The notes beneath the pieces were generated by a model. That model was not told where the DNA came from, did no database searches, and saw only the letters and a list, made by a program, of their open reading frames with translations. From Methanocella sp. (lineage in GTDB: Archaea; Thermoproteota; Bathyarchaeia; Bathyarchaeales; Bathycorpusculaceae), in the NCBI GenBank assembly GCA_050261115.1, contig JBLNCY010000008.1:1-64000 (forward strand): a stretch of 64,000 bases of DNA, read 5' to 3'. The translations under genes and the position numbers were made by a program. Every line of letters starts with the position of its first letter. The first letter of the stretch is position 1. Shown here in pieces: positions 40,324 through 50,526 of the stretch.

Positions 40324-41379
40324 TTAGACATGGCGGTAAACTTCACTGCTGCTATAGTTACCCGAATTCATCTCCTGCTCGATCTCCTTTAGCAGAAGAA
40401 TACGCCTAAACGTTGCGGGGTGCGTAGAGAAGAGCCCGCCGCCTTGCGCCCAAGTCGAAGCAGCTTCCTGCTCCATCGCTAACTCTAACTCGCGCTCGTC
40501 AAGCACGCCATCGTTGTCTAAGTCGTACTTGTTCTTGTTCTCCAAAATCGACGCGATTTCCTGCTTAGCCATGGCAGGATCGGAGATGTAGAAGGAGCGT
40601 GCGCTTGAATCGTTTTTAGGCGCTATAGATAAGCCATAGGTTATTTTTGCCAATGCACTTGCAAGTGAACGCGGAGAACTCGTAGCGTAGGCGGAGAAGG
40701 CGTCGGCAAAGTGCTCACGAAGTCGACTCAGACGCATAACGATTAGGAAGGTTATGATGTATATGGCATAAGCGATAATGCCAATGACTAGTAAGATGGC
40801 GCCTGAGTTATCCTTGTCGCGTCTGCTTCTGCTTCGACCGCCGCCGCTGAATATGCCAGCAAACAGCGTTACCTGTGCAATATAGTAGGAGATGAGGGGG
40901 AGGCAGGAGAGTACGGTCATGACTATGTAGTCTTTGTGTTTTATATGGCCTAATTCGTGGGCTATGACGGCTCGGATTTCAGCTTGGTTGAGTTGCCGCA
41001 AAAGCCCTTCGTGGACGGCTAGGACGGCGCCGCTGGTGCTTCGGCCAAACGTGAAGGCGTTGGGTGTATTGTTTGGGACTGTTGCCAGTCGGGGCATAGG
41101 TAAGCCTGCCTTGTCAGCTAGCTCCTTAACTGTGTTCTCAAGCCAAGGGTTTTCACCAGGTTTAAGGTAGTTTAGGTGAGTGGTCCACTCTACGATGACG
41201 GGGCCAATTGCGTACTGGAACAGAATGAACAGTCCAGAGCCGCCGATGGCGAGGGCTAAGCCGACAAAAACGTCTAGCTCCAGGAAATATACTATTATGA
41301 AGATGAGCAGTGAGAATATGAAGGCTGATAGGAATATGCTGATTCCCATTGCGAATTTAAGTTGTGAAAGATTAGCCAA
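40324..41379 (-). CDS. htpX: Zinc metalloprotease HtpX (M48) with EF-hand-like insert
   Basis: PNAFTFG, HELGH, SRLREHFAD, STHP; insert DLDNDGVLDERE. Confidence 0.9.
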   Translation of the reverse strand: MANLSQLKFAMGISIFLSAFIFSLLIFIIVYFLELDVFVGLALAIGGSGLFILFQYAIGPVIVEWTTHLNYLKPGENPWLENTVKELADKAGLPMPRLATVPNNTPNAFTFGRSTSGAVLAVHEGLLRQLNQAEIRAVIAHELGHIKHKDYIVMTVLSCLPLISYYIAQVTLFAGIFSGGGRSRSRRDKDNSGAILLVIGIIAYAIYIITFLIVMRLSRLREHFADAFSAYATSSPRSLASALAKITYGLSIAPKNDSSARSFYISDPAMAKQEIASILENKNKYDLDNDGVLDERELELAMEQEAASTWAQGGGLFSTHPATFRRILLLKEIEQEMNSGNYSSSEVYRHV

Positions 41380-41495
41380 ATTAGCCCCTCTCGAGTAAAT
41401 TTAGAAATAAACGCTTAAACAATTAAGGCTTTCTAAAAGCATAAACCCAAAACTAACCGCTCTGATAGAAACAAAACACAGGCCTCAATGGGAGA

Positions 41496-41553
41496 GTTGA
41501 ACCTGTGGTTGATTCTATATATAAGGGAGGGGATAGGTCGGCTGAGCAACAGG
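41496..41553 (-). repeat. Dispersed ~55-bp intergenic element, copy 2
   Basis: Reverse complement CCTGTTGCTCAGCCGACCTATCCCCTCCCTTATATATAGAATCAACCACAGGTTCAAC. Confidence 0.8.
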
Positions 41554-41585
41554 CGCTTTTCTACGTGAAATCAGGATAAGGATGG

Positions 41586-42974
41586 CTAGTTTCTTCGGAG
41601 CTTTAACTTGATGTTAGCCACAAAGTGCATACCAACCACCAGCGCAGTTGAAAGTTTGAAGCGCCGATTCTTATCCATAAAGTACGCCCGCCTAAGATAG
41701 TAGTGGTGGAATGCGCCCTCGCGGAGTTTGCCCAGTTCTTTCATGCTAAGCTGCGGCGTCTCAAAGATGGGCCTTGTAGTATCATATTTGTCAAAGTCGG
41801 TGACCCTTAGCCACCCGTTAGCTTTGACTTGATCGTAGAGAGGCGTGCCGGGGAAGGGGGTGGCAACGTTGTAGAAGCCCACCATATCCGGCGCGACTTT
41901 CTCGATGAACTTTATGGTGCTCCATGCGGATGCTTTGGTTTCGCCGGGGAACCCTAAAATGACGTTGGGTACGGGTTTTAAGCCGACTTCTCTGACCATG
42001 CTTAAGGTTTTGGCGGTTAATTCGGGGGTGATGCCCTTCTTCATGGCTTTTAGCATCTCTTCTGTGCCCGACTCCACACCGAACCAAACTGAGACACAGC
42101 CAGCATCCTTCATGGTCACAAGCAAGTCTCTGGTTAGCATGTCAACACGGGTGCCGCAGTTCCACTCGATCTTCAATCCGCGCTTCTTAATTTCGCTACA
42201 AAGTTCCACTACACGTTCAGGATCAACGGTGAAGGCGTCGTCACAGAATGTGAACTTGGTTTTCCCATAAGTCTTATAGAGATACTCCAGTTCGTCGACG
42301 ACGTTTTTTGCGCTTCGCATCCGGTAAGCGCGGCCATGCATGCGCACGGTGCAGCAGAATTCACACCAGTAAACGCAACCCCTTGTCATGGCAAGATAGA
42401 GGACGTCTTCATATTGGGCGAACTTGTCCATGGGCCAGAGGTGCCGCGCGGGAAAAGGCAGACTGTCGAGGTCTTCGATGTAGGGGCGGTCAGGGTTACG
42501 CACTACTTTGCCGTCTGATCCCCGATATGTGATGCCTAAAACGTCTTTGCAGCTTTGCCCCGCCTCGATGCGCTGAACTAACTCAAGGAGAGTTAATTCG
42601 CCTTCTCTGCGAATAACCATATCCAACTCGGGGCATTCCTCAAGAGCATGATCATCCCAAAACGTTACATGCGGACCGCCTGCAAGGGTTATGCAGTTGG
42701 GCAGGGTTTCGCGTGCGGCTTTGATGAGTTTGAGCCCGGTTTTATAGGTGAGGGTGGAGGAGGTTACGCCGACTATGTCGGGTTGGCGCTTATCAATTTC
42801 TTTTTTAAATTCTTCAAGGGTGAGAGGTGTGACTTGGCAGTCAATTACGTCGACTTTGTAGTTGGCTTTTTCTAAAACAGCTGCTAGGTACCCTAAGCCT
42901 AAGAGCGCAAAAGGCCAGTGCATGACTGCTCCGGCGGGCGCCGCGGGATTAACCAAGGTTATGTGAGGCTTCAT
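41586..42974 (-). CDS. Cobalamin-binding radical SAM protein #3
   Basis: LVNPA..LGLGYLAAVL, GGPHVT, EGE, TRGCVYWCEFC, GVESG, PFPGT; ATG 42974 preferred start. Confidence 0.9.
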   Translation of the reverse strand: MKPHITLVNPAAPAGAVMHWPFALLGLGYLAAVLEKANYKVDVIDCQVTPLTLEEFKKEIDKRQPDIVGVTSSTLTYKTGLKLIKAARETLPNCITLAGGPHVTFWDDHALEECPELDMVIRREGELTLLELVQRIEAGQSCKDVLGITYRGSDGKVVRNPDRPYIEDLDSLPFPARHLWPMDKFAQYEDVLYLAMTRGCVYWCEFCCTVRMHGRAYRMRSAKNVVDELEYLYKTYGKTKFTFCDDAFTVDPERVVELCSEIKKRGLKIEWNCGTRVDMLTRDLLVTMKDAGCVSVWFGVESGTEEMLKAMKKGITPELTAKTLSMVREVGLKPVPNVILGFPGETKASAWSTIKFIEKVAPDMVGFYNVATPFPGTPLYDQVKANGWLRVTDFDKYDTTRPIFETPQLSMKELGKLREGAFHHYYLRRAYFMDKNRRFKLSTALVVGMHFVANIKLKLRRN

Positions 42975-43170
42975 CCTGTTCACGCTTGAAGTGTTGTCTG
43001 TGTGAAGGCGTTTGATGCTTAAATCGTTTCGCATTCCAACCCAAAACATGGCACCATACCATCGCCCAGCAGAAACTGCACCTATGGTGCAATAACAGAA
43101 TAAGAGTGCCTGTCGCTGAAACTATTTATGTTAAAAAGCATAATGCAATGTAGCTTCGGAGGACAACCAG

Positions 43171-43983
43171 ACGACAAAAAACCGCACATTAGCAGAACAG
43201 ATACACCAAGCCAACATAGAGGTCCACCGAAGCGAAGCAAAATACTACGAAGCCATCCACCCCGAAGTCTACAGCAAAAAAGAACAAAAACGCATAACCA
43301 CACAACTAAAAACAGTAGACAAAATCATCGAAAACAACCAGAAGCGAGCTCTCGACGTGGGCGCGGGCACCGGCAACCTTACCGGCAAACTCCTAACCAT
43401 AGGCTACCATGTAACCGCAACCGATATCTCGCCCGAAATGTGTGCCATACTCAAGAAGAGATATGCAAGCTACATGCCAGAGAAGCTGGCGGTATTTAAC
43501 GCTCCAATTGAGGCCTTGGGCTTCGGTGAGGGCGAGTTTGATTTAATCACAAGCTACTCTGTGCTTCATCACCTGCCCGATTACGAGGCGACACTCCGCA
43601 CACTCTGCCGATACCTAAAGAGGGGCGGCGTAATCTACATAGACCATGAAGCCTCGCCCTACTACTGGATTAGCGAGAAGGGTATGCTGGCAAGCATAGT
43701 AAAAGGGCTCACTTTCCATGCTAACCCTATGCTTAACAGCCTCTACTTCGGCATGGCTGGCTTAAGGATACCGACAATCGACTATACCCTGTCGGATTAC
43801 TGGTTCAAGAAAGAACACGCACTAAACCATCAAACCCTCGCGCGGGTTTTTCGTGAGGAAGGCTTCAGGCTTTATGTTCGGACGGATCATTACCTGACGG
43901 GGAGTTGGCTACCTAATCCATTAGCCTACATTTATCGGTTGGTATGTAGGCCTGAGATGAGTTTTTGGGTAGCAAAAAAATAG
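43171..43983 (+). CDS. Class I SAM-dependent methyltransferase, probable non-canonical ACG start
   Basis: Frame open from 43144; RALDVGAGTG motif I, DISPEM, FDLIT.YSVLHH, LKRGG; GGAGG at 43158-43162 sits 8 nt before ACG 43171. Confidence 0.8.
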   Translation, partial: TTKNRTLAEQIHQANIEVHRSEAKYYEAIHPEVYSKKEQKRITTQLKTVDKIIENNQKRALDVGAGTGNLTGKLLTIGYHVTATDISPEMCAILKKRYASYMPEKLAVFNAPIEALGFGEGEFDLITSYSVLHHLPDYEATLRTLCRYLKRGGVIYIDHEASPYYWISEKGMLASIVKGLTFHANPMLNSLYFGMAGLRIPTIDYTLSDYWFKKEHALNHQTLARVFREEGFRLYVRTDHYLTGSWLPNPLAYIYRLVCRPEMSFWVAKK

Positions 43984-43984
43984 G

Positions 43985-45061
43985 TTACTCGTCTGGGTTT
44001 TGGTTGGCTGGGTGATCACTGGGCAGTCTTTCAGGTACGCTGATGTCGGGGCTGTAGTAGTATTTTGGCATGACGTCGGCTTCAAGCAGTGACGAGAAGA
44101 GGTTAAAGGGCCAGGAAGGCACCATGGGTGTTAGGAAGAAGTAGGGTTTCTCGATGCCGCTGATTTTGCTGATTCTCTCTGAGACATCAAACATTTTACT
44201 AAAATCTTCTAACGCAACCGCAACGTAGAGGTCATAGTCGCCTAGCAGTCGTATGATAACGATAACGTTTGGAATCTGCAAGAGTTGGCTATAGATTTCG
44301 GTTAGTTTACTTCGGTTGGTGACTTTTATCAGCAGATCCGCCAGGGCTTTGTAGCCAAGCTTATTCATATCAATGGTTATGGTTGAGCGGACGAGGAGTT
44401 TTTCGCGTAGTTTTTTGTAACGTTGGATAACGGTTTTGGTGGATACGCCGACTTCTTCTGCTATGTGCCTAAAGGGTGTTCGGGCTTTGGTTGAGACGAT
44501 TATGGCGATTTTTCGGTCTATTTCATCGAGTTCTATGGGTGCTTGGTCGATGTTGGTTAGGGGTGGTCTTTGGAGTTTTGTGTCGCTTGGCGGGAGGGGT
44601 CTTATGACTAGGTTAGTGGGGAACTCGCAGTTGATGGCTTCTGCCCAGATTAGGGTGTCTACGTGTTTTATTTTTGGGTTAGACTCCAAGTCTTCAACGA
44701 TTGCTGAAAGCTTGTTTAGGTCGCTTAAGGCGACTTTTGCATAAAAGTTGTATTTGCCAAGGTGAGGTACGACTTGCCCAATGACGCGTTTATTTTCTAG
44801 GTATTTGGCTACTTCTTGTTCGTCGTTGGAGTCGCAAAATATACCTAAATCAACTATGTGACGATACCCAAGGCAGTGGGGGTTTACAAGGGTTACTTCG
44901 CCATTTATGATGCCTTCGCGTACTAAGCGTTTGTAGCGCATTCTTACGGCGCCAACGGTGATTCCGCATTCTTTGGCGATTGCGGTGAAGCTTGTGCGCG
45001 ATTCTTTTAGGAGCATTTGAAGGATGGTGGCGTCGGTTTTATCTAGTTTAGGTGTTGTCAC
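43985..45061 (-). CDS. Tandem (double) Lrp/AsnC family transcriptional regulator
   Basis: Two HTH+RAM units: LDKTD..IL..L..ESRTSF..IAKE and LDEIDRKI......ARTPF..IAEEVG. Confidence 0.88.
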   Translation of the reverse strand: MTTPKLDKTDATILQMLLKESRTSFTAIAKECGITVGAVRMRYKRLVREGIINGEVTLVNPHCLGYRHIVDLGIFCDSNDEQEVAKYLENKRVIGQVVPHLGKYNFYAKVALSDLNKLSAIVEDLESNPKIKHVDTLIWAEAINCEFPTNLVIRPLPPSDTKLQRPPLTNIDQAPIELDEIDRKIAIIVSTKARTPFRHIAEEVGVSTKTVIQRYKKLREKLLVRSTITIDMNKLGYKALADLLIKVTNRSKLTEIYSQLLQIPNVIVIIRLLGDYDLYVAVALEDFSKMFDVSERISKISGIEKPYFFLTPMVPSWPFNLFSSLLEADVMPKYYYSPDISVPERLPSDHPANQNPDE

Positions 45062-45178
45062 ACGTTTCCACTTGAACCCCAGGGTTTACTATGGGCTAAT
45101 GGTTGCTTGCCAATAAGCCTATAGCCATTTTTTGAACATATAACAACTTACTTTTATATAAATTTTAAAAAATACCGC

Positions 45179-45199
45179 TTTACATAAAAAATATGTAAA
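45179..45199. promoter_or_regulatory. Putative Lrp-type operator
   Basis: Perfect inverted repeat TTTACATA-AAAAA-TATGTAAA in the AT-rich region between divergent lrp and radical SAM genes. Confidence 0.5.
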
Positions 45200-45304
45200 C
45201 GAAAGGTCAGCAAAAGACATAACAAACCACTTTTTAGGCGCATATTCCGTTAAAGCTATAAACCCCGCACAGCATCAAACCCTAAAACAAGCCGAGGCCA
45301 GCCC

Positions 45305-46732
45305 ATGCCCAAAAAAACCAAACCCAAAAATTCTGACATAACCCCCGCCCAATACCGCGTACTCCTCATGACCACGCCTCCACCAGAAAACGGCGCATGG
45401 TACCTTGGCAAACGCCTACCCCCCCTTGGCTTGATGTATGTTGCCGCAGCGCTAGAAAAAGCGGGCTTTACTGTGCAGATGCTAGATAATTATCTGCAGA
45501 AAAAACCCATCGAAGAACTCAAACAGATAATCTCTTCATTTAATCCCAAGATGGTGGGCATAACCTGTGGCTCCGCCACCTATGCTAAATGTATAGAGAC
45601 CGCTAAGGCCATCAAAGAAGCCAACCCCGACTGCACCATAGTAGTGGGAGGTTGGCATGCATCATACTTACCCGAAACGCTCCTGTCACACCCAGAAATC
45701 GACTATGCAGTTATGGGTGAAGGGGAACGGGCAATAGTGCAACTAGCCACCGCCCTAGCCGCAGGAAAACTATCTGAAGCCTCAGCCATAGCTGGTGTTG
45801 CCAGCAGAGGCAAAGACGGCGTCACCATAAACCCACCCAAATTCATAGAGGACATGGATGAAATCCCCTATCCAGCCCGCCACCTCCTCCCACTCCAAGA
45901 GTACGACCGCACCATCGAGTTCTTAGACGCCAAACCCGCCGATGTCATGAGCATCAGTCGAGGATGCGTCTTTAACTGCGGATTCTGTGAAACCCGTAAA
46001 CTCTGGGGCAACATATGCCGCAGCTTTAGCCCCCAGCGAGTAATAGGCGAAATAGAAGACCTCATCAACCGATACGGCACCAGAGGTATCTACTTCATAA
46101 ACGACAACTTTACCCTCAACAAAGAAAAAACCAAACAGCTCTGCAACCTCCTCATCGAGAAGAATCTAGGCATAGAATGGGTCTGCGATACACGCGTGGA
46201 TTTGGTTGATGATGAGTTGCTTGGCTTGATGAGTAAGGCTGGCTGCAAAGTTATTTGGTTTGGCGTCGAATCGGGCTCTGAGAAGGTGCTGCAGCGAATC
46301 GGCAGAAACGTCAAGCCCCAACAGGTAGAAGCCGCATTCAAACTATGCAAAAAACATGGCATCAAAACTGCCTGCTCATTCATGCTGGGCTTACCCGACG
46401 AGACCTTAGCTGACATGGAAGTCTCCCTTAAATTCGCCAAGAAGCTTGACCCCGACTTCTGCATGTTCAACATTTTCATCGCAAACCCCGATAGCCGACT
46501 ATACAACGAGCTACTGCAATCAGGTAAATACACACAACTCGACGATTACCTGCTTAGCGTAAAAACCCACGAATATGACTTTGAATCCCTAAAAGCCGTC
46601 CAGTGGCGCTTCTTCAGAAGCTTCCACATGTCACCCCGCCAAATCCTAAAGCGCATCAAACGCGAAGGCCCCCTAACCTTTGCTAAACGCAGACTTACAG
46701 GCGGCGTCCGCAAAGCAAACGGAACCGCATAG
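45305..46732 (+). CDS. Cobalamin-binding radical SAM protein #4
   Basis: PPLGLMYVAAAL, GGWHAS, GEGE, SRGCVFNCGFC, GVESG. Confidence 0.9.
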   Translation: MPKKTKPKNSDITPAQYRVLLMTTPPPENGAWYLGKRLPPLGLMYVAAALEKAGFTVQMLDNYLQKKPIEELKQIISSFNPKMVGITCGSATYAKCIETAKAIKEANPDCTIVVGGWHASYLPETLLSHPEIDYAVMGEGERAIVQLATALAAGKLSEASAIAGVASRGKDGVTINPPKFIEDMDEIPYPARHLLPLQEYDRTIEFLDAKPADVMSISRGCVFNCGFCETRKLWGNICRSFSPQRVIGEIEDLINRYGTRGIYFINDNFTLNKEKTKQLCNLLIEKNLGIEWVCDTRVDLVDDELLGLMSKAGCKVIWFGVESGSEKVLQRIGRNVKPQQVEAAFKLCKKHGIKTACSFMLGLPDETLADMEVSLKFAKKLDPDFCMFNIFIANPDSRLYNELLQSGKYTQLDDYLLSVKTHEYDFESLKAVQWRFFRSFHMSPRQILKRIKREGPLTFAKRRLTGGVRKANGTA

Positions 46733-47818
46733 GTGAAGTGGTTGGATAAGCGGCAGCTTGGACGAACAAACCTCATGGCCTCACAGGTAGGCTTCGGCGG
46801 GACATGGATTGCAGAGTTGCCCATGGACATGGCCATTTCCGTGGTAAGAACCGCCTTTGAGTTGGGAATTAACTATTTTGATACAGCACCCCTAGACGGG
46901 GATAGCGAAATCAAAATCGGCATCGCCTTAGAGGATGTTCGAGAAGAATGTATTTTGGCGACAAAGACGGGGTCTAGGACAAAGCGGGAATCCCTCCAAG
47001 ACGTCCAAAACAGCCTAAACCGGTTACGAACCGAACGCTTAGACATTATCCAGCTTCATGGCATCGACGACGAAAAAACCCTAACTAAAGCCATGAGCGA
47101 AGATGGAGCGCTGCAGACGTGCAAAGAAGCAAAAAAAGAGGGACTGGCAGATTTCATCGGCATCACAGGGCACAAACCTCGTGTTTTAGCTAAAGCCATC
47201 CAGACAGGCGAGTTTGACACCGTTCTGGTACCGCTAAACATCCTTACTCGGCAGGCACTTGAAGACTTACTCCCCACCGCCAAAGCGCACGATGTGGGCG
47301 TGGTGGCCATGAAGCCCCTTATGGCTAAAACCTCAAACCTAATCACCTGCCTCTACCAACCCTCCCTCTCACTAGTCTCGCAGGAACCCGAACTAAAAGC
47401 GCTCCTAGGAGAAACTGCCGAGCAACAGGTTGCAAGCGCCCTGCGATATGTTCTCTCACAGGACATAGCCACCGTGATTCCCGGGTTGCGGTCCATCCAT
47501 GAGGCGGAAGTGGCAGCCGAAGTCGGCAACAACTACCATGGCCTAACAGCCGAGGAGCAGAAGCGGTTTAGCTTCAACTTAGAAGGCTACTGCCATGACT
47601 GCGGCTTGTGCATGCCCTGCCCACAAAACATCAACATCCCAGCAGTTCTGAGGTTCCACAACTTCTATGAGGTTTATGCGCTTAGGGAGTGGGCAAAAAA
47701 ACTCTACGGCGGCTTAGAAGTTAAAGTGGACAAGTGCACTCGATGCGGAGAATGCGAAGCAAAATGCCCCTACAAGCTGTCGATTTGCGAAAAACTCAAG
47801 CTATTCAAAGAGACTTAA
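46733..47818 (+). CDS. Aldo/keto reductase with C-terminal 4Fe-4S dicluster domain
   Basis: RQLGRT, GINYFDTA, LATK, IGITGH, AMKPL; CHDCGLCMPCP and CTRCGECEAKCP. Confidence 0.9.
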   Translation: MKWLDKRQLGRTNLMASQVGFGGTWIAELPMDMAISVVRTAFELGINYFDTAPLDGDSEIKIGIALEDVREECILATKTGSRTKRESLQDVQNSLNRLRTERLDIIQLHGIDDEKTLTKAMSEDGALQTCKEAKKEGLADFIGITGHKPRVLAKAIQTGEFDTVLVPLNILTRQALEDLLPTAKAHDVGVVAMKPLMAKTSNLITCLYQPSLSLVSQEPELKALLGETAEQQVASALRYVLSQDIATVIPGLRSIHEAEVAAEVGNNYHGLTAEEQKRFSFNLEGYCHDCGLCMPCPQNINIPAVLRFHNFYEVYALREWAKKLYGGLEVKVDKCTRCGECEAKCPYKLSICEKLKLFKET

Positions 47819-47959
47819 GCAACCAAGACCTTATAGAAGTCACCATTGAATGGAAAGCTATTCGAAACGGTTATGCAGTCAATCGATAATCCAGCCTGCA
47901 GCAACAGGGTAGCAGTTGCCAAGAACCCACAAACAAATAGGCATACCCCGCCTGTTATC

Positions 47960-48005
47960 TGCGGTTGTTGAGTCTATATATAAGGGCAGGTCAGCAAAGC
48001 AACAG
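47960..48005 (-). repeat. Dispersed intergenic element, degenerate copy 3
   Basis: Reverse complement CTGTTGCTTTGCTGACCTGCCCTTATATATAGACTCAACAACCGCA. Confidence 0.6.
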
Positions 48006-48017
48006 ACGTGGGGCAAA

Positions 48018-48644
48018 TCATGGTGCGCAACTGTTTCTTTTAGCAAGCAACTGTTCAGCCAACTGCAATTCCGCCACCGTGTTAATGTTCACTGCCAACT
48101 CTTTGTAGTCGAGCACAAAGATGTCTTGGTCGAGCCATTCGTCGCCATAGCGTTTGCTGCCGTCGATGACGTTAACGCCTACGGGCACGACTTCACGGCC
48201 GTCGTCGGTTTTGAAGCTGTACTCGACACCCATACCCAGCCGGGTTTTGGCTTCTATGGGTACTGCAACGGTTAAGGCGGGTTTACCGCTTTTCTCATAC
48301 CGCTCAACTATCTCATCAATCATTTCAGGCTTAACTAGTGGCAGGTCGGCTGCAATCGCCAAGAAAACTCCCAGCTTAAGCGTCTGCACAGTGTAACCCA
48401 TGTCGGAGACGTAGTCTTGGCCTGGAGTCTGAATGACTTTGACGCCGAGCTGCTGCATCAGCGCCGTAGTCTTTGGCGTAACGGAGGTGGTCGCCACGAT
48501 TACCTCATCAATCCTTTGGGCATCCTTTAGGGCTGCAAGCACATATTCGATGCTGGGTTTTCCGCAGACGCTGATGAGCGGCTTTTCTACCGCTAATTTC
48601 ATGCGGGTGCCTTTACCGCCTGCCATAACAAGTGCTGTTACCAT
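48018..48644 (-). CDS. cobY: CobY paralog 2
   Basis: ALVMAGGKGTRM..EKPL, TPKT, DYVSD, ADLP, PVGVNVI, NINT; ATG 48644 preferred start. Confidence 0.88.
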   Translation of the reverse strand: MVTALVMAGGKGTRMKLAVEKPLISVCGKPSIEYVLAALKDAQRIDEVIVATTSVTPKTTALMQQLGVKVIQTPGQDYVSDMGYTVQTLKLGVFLAIAADLPLVKPEMIDEIVERYEKSGKPALTVAVPIEAKTRLGMGVEYSFKTDDGREVVPVGVNVIDGSKRYGDEWLDQDIFVLDYKELAVNINTVAELQLAEQLLAKRNSCAP

Positions 48645-49417
48645 GAAATCACCGCCACCAATACCACTGCACATACAGCACGTGTCAACTCGTTTGTGGA
48701 GCCAAATACGTCGCCTGTGACGCCGCCAAAGTGCCTATGCGCAATACCCACCATAACTAAGCCCATGACAACCGCCGATAGGATTACAATGGCGCCGTCA
48801 ACCCCAAGCAAAGGTAACGCAACAAGAAGCGAGAGCACTAGGGCCAACGCCAGCCGCCAGTTACCGCCGCCTCCATGCATAGCTTGAAGGAAGCTAGTGT
48901 TCATGCCTTCATGTACCGCTCGACCTGCATGGGCAGCCACAACCATACCCAACTTGGCACATAACTCAACCACAATCAACGCTGGGAAAATATTGGGGAA
49001 ATTGACGCCTAAGAAGCGTTGGCTACCTGCGATTGAGGCTAATGCGAAGGCTGTTACAATGTAGGTCATGAGTGCTAAGCCGATTGCGCCTGCCCCTGTT
49101 AGCTGGTCATGCATAACCGCGATTTTCTTCTCAGGTGTGCCATGCACCATAACGCCGTCACCGAAATCCAAAAGGCCATCCGTATGATGCAGCCCAGTCA
49201 TCCACAAAAGCAACGCCAACGCGACTGCACCCACAACTAAGCTAGGTAAAAAGTAGCTAGCAACCCAGCCAAATAGTCCTGCCAGTAAACCCAAAAAAGC
49301 GCCAATTAGGGGGAATGCCCACATGTTTTTGGCGCAGTCGCTAAGCAGGTCTTTGTCCATCGATACGGGAAAGACTGTAAGGAAAGAGAGGAGATTTTTT
49401 AGTTGTTTAATAACCAA
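48638..49417 (-). CDS. cobS: Cobalamin synthase CobS paralog 2 (canonical motifs)
   Basis: LSFLT, FPLIG, TGLHHTDGLLDFGDG, MHD..TGA, FGGVTGDVFG..NE. Confidence 0.9.
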   Translation of the reverse strand: MVIKQLKNLLSFLTVFPVSMDKDLLSDCAKNMWAFPLIGAFLGLLAGLFGWVASYFLPSLVVGAVALALLLWMTGLHHTDGLLDFGDGVMVHGTPEKKIAVMHDQLTGAGAIGLALMTYIVTAFALASIAGSQRFLGVNFPNIFPALIVVELCAKLGMVVAAHAGRAVHEGMNTSFLQAMHGGGGNWRLALALVLSLLVALPLLGVDGAIVILSAVVMGLVMVGIAHRHFGGVTGDVFGSTNELTRAVCAVVLVAVISW

Positions 49418-49424
49418 GCATGTC

Positions 49425-50516
49425 TCACTTTGTTTGCATCAGTGAGGCATAATTACGCTCAATCTCCTTAAGAAGAATTTGCTTGTCTACAGCTCCATCA
49501 GTCTTAGCCATGGCTGCTATTGCGGCGCCGCCTGCACCGACCCCTTCCTTCACAAGCCCCGTCTCGTAAATCCGCAAACCCGGGTACTGGCTAGGACCAA
49601 AGTCGAGGTCAGCGGCTAAAATGGGAACCTCACAGAACTGCTGAACTATGCCACAGATATCCGAAGTGGCGTCCTTTGCTACCCAACGGGTAGTTCCAAC
49701 CGCAACATTACAAAGCGCCGAGCTATCGAGCGCATTGATTACAGCTAAAACCGCAGTCATCTGGGTTCCGCCCGCCATTAACACTGGCGCCTGTTTGCTG
49801 GCACCGATAACTAATCCGGCTACCGCAGCCATCATGGGGTCACCAACTGCGGACACCGCCTTAATGGGGTCGCCTTTGATGTCGCCGAACTTTTCGGTTG
49901 CAGCCTTCAAGCCGGCGTTGACCACTTCAGACTTTAGGTTATGGGGGTTCTCTGGCAGTGTGCTGCTGACTTTCCCGTATGCGTTAATGCCGAGCGCAGT
50001 CAAAACACCCAAGGCCGTCGTGGTTCCGCCTGGTATGCTCTCGCCGATAACAAGATAATCCGATACCTTCGCAAGGTGTTCACCGACACCCGTGGCACGT
50101 TCGATGACTTCCTCTACGTTGTCAACGGAGTCGCCAGTGCGGATGTCTCGGCCGGGGCTGCCGTTTACGTCGATATAGGGGATTTGTGGTCTCACTTTTA
50201 CTCCGCCGTTAACGACAAGCACCGGAATGTCGGCTAAGTGTAGCGCAGAGGTGGTGATTAAGGCGGGTGTTGGTATGCCATCAGGGGTGATGGGTACGCC
50301 CTGAATAGAGCGGCACTTACCCAGCAATAATAGCTCGGCGTCAGCGGGGGGTGTGAAGTCTGTGAAGTCAGGGTTTGCGCCAGCCGCTGATAAGCCGGGG
50401 ATTTTGCCGGTTTCGGTGGTGGCAATGGTTGCTACAAAGAGGGGATTTTTTTTGCCTCTAATCTCGTCAAGGAAGGCGTTTGCTTTTAACTCGTTATTCG
50501 TGGTTAGGACATCCAT
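49425..50516 (-). CDS. cobT: Archaeal nicotinate-nucleotide:DMB phosphoribosyltransferase CobT
   Basis: TETGKIPGLSAAG, TPPADAE, GIPTPALIT, GESIPGGTTTA, AGGTQM, VKEGVGAGG. Confidence 0.92.
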   Translation of the reverse strand: MDVLTTNNELKANAFLDEIRGKKNPLFVATIATTETGKIPGLSAAGANPDFTDFTPPADAELLLLGKCRSIQGVPITPDGIPTPALITTSALHLADIPVLVVNGGVKVRPQIPYIDVNGSPGRDIRTGDSVDNVEEVIERATGVGEHLAKVSDYLVIGESIPGGTTTALGVLTALGINAYGKVSSTLPENPHNLKSEVVNAGLKAATEKFGDIKGDPIKAVSAVGDPMMAAVAGLVIGASKQAPVLMAGGTQMTAVLAVINALDSSALCNVAVGTTRWVAKDATSDICGIVQQFCEVPILAADLDFGPSQYPGLRIYETGLVKEGVGAGGAAIAAMAKTDGAVDKQILLKEIERNYASLMQTK

Positions 50517-50526
50517 TTTGGCTCAC

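Noticed and set aside
43128-43499. 123-aa track ORF
   Set aside because: Alternate-frame shadow of the methyltransferase 5' region; low-complexity K/R/H/Q composition.
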